Shown piece by piece: positions 9,901-15,402 of a DNA stretch of 64,000 nucleotides. The notes under the pieces were generated by a model. It was not told where the DNA came from, did no database searches, and was given only the letters and a program-made list of their open reading frames with translations. Every line of letters starts with the position of its first letter. The stretch's first letter is position 1. The position numbers were made by a program, and so were the translations under genes. The stretch is from a virus (taxonomy: Duplodnaviria; Caudoviricetes): IMG/VR virus record IMGVR_UViG_3300013121_000034, positions 65,024 through 129,023 of that record; one strand, 5' to 3'.

Positions 9901-10383
9901 AGCCGTACGAATCCAGCCCAATTGCATTATGACATAGCGAAAAGCTACGAGTTCGGGACGATTGTTCTCTTTCGCGCGCGCATCTTTTTCTTCTGTCCTT
10001 TGCGCGAGGTAAGCCTCAAACGCCTTGTCGCCATGCAATTCAGTCAAAGCAACATGGGCGTGCGTGTACCAATTGCGAATTGGAATAACGCGACCGTCAT
10101 GCGTGAACCACATGTCAGTCAAAATGCGGTTATGGAATTTGAACGCGGCAACCGTAGGCCGCTTGGGACGCTTGCGCTCGAAAAAGAGCGGTACAGCGGC
10201 GCGAATAGCTGCAATAATTTCGTCGGCGGTTTTACCAGCCTTCCACGCAGCAATGGTTGCTTCACGGCATTTTTGCGTGACCATTTCGCATTCAAAAACC
10301 TTATCGCTTTTACGAAAGCGAGGTTCAATTTCGCTCGCGTAAAACTCGCGAAAGACCTTGGCAACTTTGTCTTGTGTCAGCAT
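3997..10383 (-). CDS. large modular protein (~2128 aa), putative head-packaged polyprotein with an ADP-ribosyltransferase-like domain and 8 repeats of a W-x-x-x-D-G...H...G-W-x-R domain
   Basis: ATG 10383 follows the upstream stop at 10388 (the track starts at TTG 10434); repeated motifs and Ala-ending linkers are visible in the translation; LYHST...FLSLTRS...DEAEER motif. Confidence 0.75.
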   Translation of the reverse strand: MLTQDKVAKVFREFYASEIEPRFRKSDKVFECEMVTQKCREATIAAWKAGKTADEIIAAIRAAVPLFFERKRPKRPTVAAFKFHNRILTDMWFTHDGRVIPIRNWYTHAHVALTELHGDKAFEAYLAQRTEEKDARAKENNRPELVAFRYVIMQLGWIRTAAISYGESLVVQAAAKRVAPRAASTFLRWFVKQEANEYIVDFTDEGHVDIPMDTAGHIYDASQKSFVTSLMRNNVANPSVRAFNETERVETASVNDYILYHSTYPDRALTILEQGEFKFRPIVGTRSDQNVPNSYFLSLTRSKLNSFAVANSAHYYVMFNLNRRTIAKRFKIYPVSYWQDRGNVGKTQFNDEAEERITSNTPEGLKIPANAKELIDGVHILAEQKSINEKTYPKATERLLKLVRLCKAKRIPVFIYADKKSFLVQNKLRAKPLSYLLDAYKALRPEIRDAYVYRGSDRRKSYDGVRIHGLIQLFKVDKYSQLDKHAKKVWYDWVRRADPAYGHLTADVVASLEAAIHNANSEPNSQIRKTIDALVAEMKKHGFKTLKEMLQGLNVKWSKILDAKDKAERESWEASKKLFDLDGYYGAWITDSGDYIGIVSKKGYVNTVAQQFPNDAEIQKFADAKDHDGLSAFLMRKRGWIRLTLPRGHDEASGNEDVDTHSPDYHRRATIDMANNRASHKALETLERLFRSGGGGFKTTEINIDDKHFEFTWRNSDERKKLMRAQYNRKGIPEFKKNEETAQAEGQMPYGYWISPNGKIENVDFEKHWYLASAVIRSRLNAPSLYKEYPTEALQTAYGYARTINRYFATDRNSLSISIPKGGLTSTQASALASIFKDNGFDKAVVEIISEQPDAKGFEHDYARANSLYELNVVLRKNVAKKQITANVSHSWIDDDDGRFWLLHGGAVVWVGHPAQYDHEHRARELILRDHKKEFAAWRKSDKGREYYPYTAFAMRELGWIRMAADNAYDVAQKEIAKPAAMKLIRALSQRRDDPENPIAYYVAVVDKNHPWGADTAVPTKKFTRREAMQQIAHNIKGAVVHASLDEITLRYIEGFHDFENEQIVRPLYFEKHKALFNTWDGFYRDKLEPFAKKYKLNKANRFKVLKRVRLAFMLGHREGEIPGALKAAGNVFEEILARYRGRKATPKGQLELFASDASIWDTNNNCFIDADGKIHWIDEDHMDFAADWIAKHPADKKEFEDQQYSSTVDYLLHRGWVRVRNTHRNAIEISKDRLSLKAYRTLVRQLRDTQEDTYLDVTYHEKNILRNVGGKFEPHEKSRLFSVLQNNVAKHEAKAASYAEEKYWIAPDGKKHTLKASDSHRTYISRVGLTVERAIKDGWVRARYDEYGDASLSFMFLNGALSGRAVNACIRLMAEIGTDLEFVNLDVVQRLPLDISNIRAAKLSRDKRHLAVELLQKARTQPSKGLEETAGSIGGYWIDENGKLIDLGHTMHLDYCVTRFKDDADFQAWFKKEYHYRDMEMAQPNTVKDATMGYAYRRLGWVRVIMMPSEIDFAMHKSFPTRAAVTMAARVLQRFRPADKTRERYLVDDLSGRTDEHFFSSTDKHETLQHLKTFPRVTEAIASYKTRTSMDMWITHEGRELPVGEDNTHTSVAYAALKNDDGFHPFYKTFTGEEFSESDPKRKLIARFYATNVLGWVRCSALDQDNNSFNVDFKKDGIARRAANVLLQIIKDDFPDGYHIDVLDIKQWGDRGDAIKESKFFKSFEGSKAAALVRENTKKNMAVAKLGLNIKLESNGIERGRNMQDGRYVLHMYSILIDGQKEAELAIKFVDGSKEYAKVNIFGAAQHKLGATGVRQLLAIVKKKFPKLKHIYGDRISGARAKSGHSGERARMTIASTPTAFWIGEKIRSPYMVVLTVRTRGKLFRTPIGWNKRTFISGAFRRFLIYKYVGVITPRQLDLEIQNVMALIARQNGTRVDIRKARRAIQRTSLGFMGMGASIKVTAGAVNWDTGKPILRKFYDTRTLGNFPLTKKQCQSWGIIQGTPISTAPIQLKNITTFDAAIAPRDFSVMYRKFSNAFAQKIAQRYNSIVSRYESEALAKADMSRAIDMIVSKGGEAMCLDYLRDRFEEDLTFKRKLHKKEWRVIYRAMISYTRDRLSQLTPIKGVL

Positions 10384-10387
10384 TGTT

Positions 10388-10708
10388 TCACTTGTATCGC
10401 GGATCGTTGACGCAGTGCTCTGCCAGTATTTCAAAGTATGCTTTGGCGTTTTGAATGTTGGTCATATGACCGCGCCATTGCGCGGTAGCTTCACGCAATT
10501 TACTAGGATCGTGTTGGTAGTCGCGTCCATTGGGCGCGGTCTTTTTAAGCATTTCTAGTGCATCGTCTAATGTTGTCAACGCGTCCATATAATCTTTGGC
10601 TAGAGAACGCGCAGACGATCCGTTTATATGAATTTGCGGTGTAACGACCTTGGATGGGTCGAAATCGTTAGCCGTTACTTTTTGAACGTAGGCTTCAATG
10701 CGGTTCAT
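10388..10708 (-). CDS. hypothetical protein with N-terminal KVTA|N leader (possible internal head protein)
   Basis: 106 aa, tightly packed between PAAR and the large modular gene. Confidence 0.7.
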   Translation of the reverse strand: MNRIEAYVQKVTANDFDPSKVVTPQIHINGSSARSLAKDYMDALTTLDDALEMLKKTAPNGRDYQHDPSKLREATAQWRGHMTNIQNAKAYFEILAEHCVNDPRYK

Positions 10709-10714
10709 TTTTGA

Positions 10715-10966
10715 TTACCCGATATTCACGTTGCCGGAACCAGTTGCGATAACGCTACCGCAATTGCCGATAATGCTATCGCCTTGGCGGGCAGCAGCGT
10801 TGCCGTTGATAAAGACCGTGGTGGAGCCGCCGAAAACAGTGCCGTGACCGCCGTACAAATCAGTTTTACGCAGAGCACCGTTTCCGTTGATGCTTACGTT
10901 CGAAGACGACGTTGTCGGCAAATTGCCGTGCGTACATGGCGAGTTACTTTTTGCAGCGGCTCCCAT
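10715..10966 (-). CDS. PAAR-motif spike tip protein
   Basis: SSNVSING...GSTTVFINGNAAARQGD...CGSVIATGSGNVNIG. Confidence 0.92.
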   Translation of the reverse strand: MGAAAKSNSPCTHGNLPTTSSSNVSINGNGALRKTDLYGGHGTVFGGSTTVFINGNAAARQGDSIIGNCGSVIATGSGNVNIG

Positions 10967-10972
10967 AAACCT

Positions 10973-11305
10973 TTACCTCAGTTGCGCAGCGTTATGGTTG
11001 ACAACCCACAACATCAAACCAAAAAGAATCACGAGAGAAATAGTGAGTTGTAGCGGCGATGCAAATGTCCACAACGCCCATAGAGCGACGACTGTAATCG
11101 CTAGCTTAATAGCCCAACGCACAGGCCCGACAAGTGGGACAGACCATCCGTACCACCAACGCACAAACGGATTTCGTTCGCGACCGCCTCTTTTTATGAC
11201 TTGGTCTGTCAACATACAATCACGAATCGCCAAAAGAAAAATGCACGCGCTAATCAGCGCGAGCAGCGTACCGATGTTTGCACCGTACAAAACGACGTCA
11301 GGCAT
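10973..11305 (-). CDS. small membrane protein (DUF5658-like)
   Basis: About 3 hydrophobic segments; D-x-x-x-T...GGRERNP motif. Confidence 0.55.
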   Translation of the reverse strand: MPDVVLYGANIGTLLALISACIFLLAIRDCMLTDQVIKRGGRERNPFVRWWYGWSVPLVGPVRWAIKLAITVVALWALWTFASPLQLTISLVILFGLMLWVVNHNAAQLR

Positions 11306-11317
11306 TTTTCCCTCCGT

Positions 11318-11605
11318 TTAGTACCAGCGGATTACACCGCCCGGCTCGATTTGATAATGCGAACGGCATGCCAACTGCATATTGCCAATCGACGGCGTCA
11401 AAGAAAAGTTTGGACCCGGATTATGCAACGTCCAGCCATCGCGCCAATGCGGTTCGAGCGCCGTCACTGTTTCGGTGCCGCAGCCGCACGCACACAGATG
11501 TATGCACTGCGCATGTTGAATTGAGTGATAAAAGATGCCCTCTTGAAGCGGACGTGGAATTTCCGATTCCACTGCGCGATATTCGAGTTTGTCGATCCTG
11601 CTCAT
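11318..11605 (-). CDS. DUF6527-like protein
   Basis: HLCACGCG...W...FSLTPSIGN...CRSHY-x-I-x-x-G-x-x-I-x-W; GGAGG Shine-Dalgarno follows for the next gene. Confidence 0.75.
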   Translation of the reverse strand: MSRIDKLEYRAVESEIPRPLQEGIFYHSIQHAQCIHLCACGCGTETVTALEPHWRDGWTLHNPGPNFSLTPSIGNMQLACRSHYQIEPGGVIRWY

Positions 11606-11621
11606 TTCACACCTACCGATT

Positions 11622-12014
11622 TCACAGTTTCGGGTCCAATATCACGACTTTAGGCGTAAGGCTTAACAGCCTGCATCCCATCAATCGCGTGTTACCCGCA
11701 ACTAGAGTATACGACAGTTTGTTTTTCAAAATGATAGGGCATCGAATGCGGTCCGACCGCAGTTCTTTTAGGATGGAATCCAAATCTCTGGAGTAAGCCT
11801 TGAGAATTTTGCGAGCATTCGCCTCGCTTTTCACGAAAAAGGAATCAGTGTTTTCCAACCGCTGCCACACGGTTTCCTGCAATGCGAGCACGGGGGCCTT
11901 TTTGTAGAGGTTCTCCAGCATGGAAAAGATGGCCTGTTTTTCGGAAGGCCCAATATCCATCGCCACGCGCATGAATTCATCGGCTTCGCTTTTGAACGGC
12001 GCTTTGAACCACAT
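11622..12014 (-). CDS. ParB/Srx N-terminal-like domain protein
   Basis: PIIL...YTLVAGNTRLM matches the G-x-x-R ParB/Srx motif. Confidence 0.6.
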   Translation of the reverse strand: MWFKAPFKSEADEFMRVAMDIGPSEKQAIFSMLENLYKKAPVLALQETVWQRLENTDSFFVKSEANARKILKAYSRDLDSILKELRSDRIRCPIILKNKLSYTLVAGNTRLMGCRLLSLTPKVVILDPKL

Positions 12015-12017
12015 AGC

Positions 12018-12386
12018 TTAAGCCGACCTCGCAATTCCGTTTTCTATGAAACCATGCCAACAACACCCGCCTTTAACGTCGACAGAATCAGACTTGCTGG
12101 CATCGCCTTTCAGCGTCAAGTTATTTGCTCCTGTACCCAAAATGGCCCAACGTCCCGGTCCCGGCGTTGCTTCCGGCGGTGTGCCTAGCGTTTCACTCCA
12201 ACAAACGACGCTATGCGTGCCGATAAGGCTCATGCCATTATTGGCATAACAGAGCGGGCATGAAAAACGCACGCCCATGCATTCAAACATTTCACAAGGG
12301 ATTTGAAACGTCCCTTTCTCATTCTTTTCGTATCGGACAAACAGCGGTTCGAGTGCAGCGAAAGAAATATTGGGGTGTTGCGACAC
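12018..12386 (-). CDS. second, divergent DUF6527-like protein
   Basis: FSCPLC...W...G...LTL...SV...GCCWHGFIENG; GAGGG Shine-Dalgarno before the GTG start. Confidence 0.6.
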   Translation of the reverse strand: MSQHPNISFAALEPLFVRYEKNEKGTFQIPCEMFECMGVRFSCPLCYANNGMSLIGTHSVVCWSETLGTPPEATPGPGRWAILGTGANNLTLKGDASKSDSVDVKGGCCWHGFIENGIARSA

Positions 12387-12502
12387 GTGTTATCCCTCAA
12401 TTCAGATAAACGAACGGGGCGGGCAAACTTTTGTGCGCTCTCCTGCCGAAAACGCACATACGCTCACCCGCCCGCGTCCTTCTGGCCCCTCCGCCAGCCG
12501 AC

Positions 12503-12880
12503 CTAGGGATTAGCGTTGTCCCCAATTTCTTTAAGTTTCGCTTTTGCGTCCTCGTTGTGTTTCCGTGTCAGCGCGTTGCGCTGATCGATCAGCGTCAAGA
12601 GCGTTCTGATGTATTGGTCGATGCGCGCTGCATTGACACGGAAATTGTCGAAGGATGCGCGATCAAATCCGCGATAAAGATTGGAATCGAGAGTGACGTT
12701 TCCATTCGCGTCGCGAGGCGCATCCAAATTGACAGGCAACAGCACCAATTTCGGCACTGTAATTTCAGCGTCCTGCACTGGCACGATATACGTGACAGGC
12801 TGGACCTTGGTTGATGTGCAGCCTGCAAAAAGAAGCGAGGCTAGAAGCACGACACCGATTGCGTAGAGGGTCGTTTTCAT
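12503..12880 (-). CDS. o-spanin (Rz1-like lipoprotein)
   Basis: ATG 12880 overlaps the i-spanin stop (ATGA); signal peptide with lipobox LFAG|C; Pro-rich segment. Confidence 0.8.
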   Translation of the reverse strand: MKTTLYAIGVVLLASLLFAGCTSTKVQPVTYIVPVQDAEITVPKLVLLPVNLDAPRDANGNVTLDSNLYRGFDRASFDNFRVNAARIDQYIRTLLTLIDQRNALTRKHNEDAKAKLKEIGDNANP

Positions 12881-13350
12881 TGCGTCACCCACACGCCGTT
12901 TTTGCATGAGCCGCTGCGATCACCTAGATGTGACCACAAACAATTCCACTGCGATTGATCGTCATAAAGAACGCCTTTCGCGTCGCCGTTGGCTTCGCGC
13001 ATGCGGCGTCGTTGCTGATCTGCTTCGTCGCGGATTTCATTTTCGGCGTTCGCGATAGCCTGCGAAAACGCATTGAGTGTTTCAGCGTTCACGCGCGCAT
13101 ATTCGAGCGCGTCTTGCAACTGCGCGCCTAGTGTCGCCATCGTAGTTTGCAGCGTCTTGTTCGCCGTTTCCAGATTGGCGTTGTCTTTGGTTAGCTGCGT
13201 TATTGCAGCTTCCTGCTTAGCGATTTCAGCGTTCTTTGCAGGGAGCGTAACGAATTGATACCAAGCGATAATACCGCCAGCCGCAATGGCGACGGCACCG
13301 CCTGCAATCAACCACGTTTTGAGGGATGAAAAAGAAGGGAGGAAGCCCAT
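12877..13350 (-). CDS. i-spanin (Rz-like)
   Basis: Single N-terminal transmembrane segment then coiled coil and C-terminal Cys residues; directly after the endolysin. Confidence 0.8.
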   Translation of the reverse strand: MGFLPSFSSLKTWLIAGGAVAIAAGGIIAWYQFVTLPAKNAEIAKQEAAITQLTKDNANLETANKTLQTTMATLGAQLQDALEYARVNAETLNAFSQAIANAENEIRDEADQQRRRMREANGDAKGVLYDDQSQWNCLWSHLGDRSGSCKNGVWVTQ

Positions 13351-14417
13351 TAGGCAATCACCTTCTCAAGCAACAACGCCTGATTCGTGCGAGTGACGCC
13401 AAGCTGCTTGAACGCAATGTCGAGCGCCAGTTTCGTGCGCGAACCATAAAGGCCGTCCGCCTTCAAATTCGGAGAGGGACGCAGATTGGAATTGAGCCAT
13501 TCCTGCACGCGCTTAATTCCGCCGTTGTAAGCGGGACCAACGCTCGGATACTTGCGTCCATCGTTCACCACGGCGACAGGAAGCGGCGCGAGTTTGTCGA
13601 ACGCCGATTTCATTTTCACGTCGTAGGCGTTCTTTGCGTAGCCTGCGCCGTTGTAGCCGTAAGCGAAGCCTGCAAAATCGAGGCGGCGCAATTCGTCGTC
13701 GAGGCGATTGGCGACCACGAACGAGACAAACGCATCCAGATGCTTGTCCTCGTTGGCGATCATCGCCATCACAAATTCTTCGACCGTCTTGAAACCGCAC
13801 AGGGCATAATGATAGCCCATAATCTGATAGCGGCCCCACGATGCCGAACAAAGTGCCTGCTGCAAATCAAGCTGCATGGCCTGAAACAGCATGGCATAAA
13901 CGCCATCGCTGTTGCGCGGATAATTCGACTTGTTCCACGACGCAGAGGCAATCACCTTGGAAGGGTCGCCTTTGAATTTCGTATTGAGATATTTGCCTTT
14001 CGTCCGCTTGTTGAAAACGTGCGGCTCGAACAAAATCTTCGGACGATCTTTTGCGTCGTATCCCGAACCGGCTGCCTCGACCTGATCGACGGCCTTGATA
14101 GCACGCGCATCTGTGAGGCCGAGACGAATTGCAGCGCCAATGAAATCCTCATTGGACAAAATGCGCTGCGCGTCGGGTGTATGCGAAATGAAATCTTCGA
14201 GTTCTTTGAAATTAGGCGCTGGAATAATCGGCGCATCCGAAACCGCGCTATATGCAGGCGTCAGTGTCGGATTAAAGAACTCGCCAGCCTTTTCAGCGGT
14301 CGGAATATCAATCGGAATTTCCGGCGCGACGACCTTGGCTTGAACCTCCGGCATGGAGGCTGCAATTGCTGATGCCGATGCGAACGACAGCAGGAATTTG
14401 ATAAGTTTCTCGAACAT
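13350..14417 (-). CDS. endolysin, N-acetylmuramidase (DUF3380-type) with C-terminal peptidoglycan-binding domain
   Basis: AIKAVDQVEAAG...PKILFEPHVF...SASWGRYQIMGYHY...FAYGYNG...YD; C-terminal VQEWLN...ADGLYGSRT. ATG 14417 chosen to avoid overlap with the upstream gene. Confidence 0.9.
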   Translation of the reverse strand: MFEKLIKFLLSFASASAIAASMPEVQAKVVAPEIPIDIPTAEKAGEFFNPTLTPAYSAVSDAPIIPAPNFKELEDFISHTPDAQRILSNEDFIGAAIRLGLTDARAIKAVDQVEAAGSGYDAKDRPKILFEPHVFNKRTKGKYLNTKFKGDPSKVIASASWNKSNYPRNSDGVYAMLFQAMQLDLQQALCSASWGRYQIMGYHYALCGFKTVEEFVMAMIANEDKHLDAFVSFVVANRLDDELRRLDFAGFAYGYNGAGYAKNAYDVKMKSAFDKLAPLPVAVVNDGRKYPSVGPAYNGGIKRVQEWLNSNLRPSPNLKADGLYGSRTKLALDIAFKQLGVTRTNQALLLEKVIA

Positions 14418-14466
14418 GACGTTCGAATCCTTAAACGATGTGGCGGAGGGGAGGGGCAGGCACGTC

Positions 14467-15060
14467 TTACTTTTTCTTTTTGCCTTTCGGCGGTTCGCCG
14501 GGAAGCGGAAGCGGAACCGGACCTTCGCCAACAGCTTCGAGCGCGGCGTCGATCTTTGCACGGATCGCTTTCATCTGCTCAATATCAGCAGCCGTAAGTG
14601 TCGGTGTCGGCGTATTTGGATCAGCAATCGCCTTCACCGTTTCAATGCCTTCAACGACTTGCGTTGCGCCGACATTTGCAGCGATGGCCGCAGCCGCGAC
14701 TGCCGCGCTTTTAATCGACTCGGTTTTTGTGTCGAGTGTTACGTTGAGTTTGGCGCGGCCCATATCGAATTTGGCAGCGATGCCCGATACGAGCAAAAGT
14801 TTGCCCCAAAATTCGATCCACTCAGGCTTCGGCACATTGAAATACGGCACGTTGATGCCGCCGATATATTCAATGCACCACAGCAGCGCAAAGAACGCGC
14901 ACAAGCCATAAACGTGGATCGCACTCAGGCCAAGCTTCACAATCACCATCTGGATGAAGGCGATGATATTGGCCGCGCCTGAAAGACTGACGCCCGCGAG
15001 GGGATTGTCGTCAACGGTTTTTGTCTTGGGGTCGTTCGACCCTACGTCCTGATTTGCCAT
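14467..15060 (-). CDS. putative holin
   Basis: 2-3 transmembrane segments, basic C-terminus (KGKKKK), directly upstream of the endolysin. Confidence 0.6.
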   Translation of the reverse strand: MANQDVGSNDPKTKTVDDNPLAGVSLSGAANIIAFIQMVIVKLGLSAIHVYGLCAFFALLWCIEYIGGINVPYFNVPKPEWIEFWGKLLLVSGIAAKFDMGRAKLNVTLDTKTESIKSAAVAAAAIAANVGATQVVEGIETVKAIADPNTPTPTLTAADIEQMKAIRAKIDAALEAVGEGPVPLPLPGEPPKGKKKK

Positions 15061-15095
15061 AGCAACAATCCCCTTCTTTTAGGAAGCGGCGTCAA

Positions 15096-15335
15096 TTACG
15101 CCGCAGAGTAGCGGTTATGAACCGCCTGCAACGCGGGCTTATAGCCTGCGATATTGGTGCGGAAATTGATAAGGTCGGCGACCGCGCCCGTTGCAGGGCT
15201 ACCATCGGTCGGCGACATTTCCGCAATGAGCGCGTCGAGCGCAGCATACGCATCGAGGAATTTGGTCGTCACAGGAACGACCGCATCTTTTTCCATCGCC
15301 GCAAGCTGCGCCGCCAGTTCTGCACGAGTAGCCAT
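15096..15335 (-). CDS. hypothetical protein
   Basis: 79-aa helical ORF with AAGG Shine-Dalgarno, downstream of a promoter-like motif. Confidence 0.7.
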   Translation of the reverse strand: MATRAELAAQLAAMEKDAVVPVTTKFLDAYAALDALIAEMSPTDGSPATGAVADLINFRTNIAGYKPALQAVHNRYSAA

Positions 15336-15382
15336 GACATTAAGCCTTTCTTGGGTTTTCCCGTTGAGCGGGGGGATACTGA

Positions 15383-15391
15383 AAATTAGAC
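15383..15391 (-). promoter_or_regulatory. putative late promoter GTCTAATTT (lysis cassette)
   Basis: Intergenic copy of the recurring 9-mer. Confidence 0.55.
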
Positions 15392-15402
15392 CAGCGAGCC
15401 GA

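Noticed and set aside
14418-14561. Long N-terminal extensions given by the ORF track (endolysin here; also tube 47181-47345, protease 58524-58646, polyprotein 10384-10434)
   Set aside because: They overlap upstream genes or promoter motifs; internal ATGs fit gene packing better.
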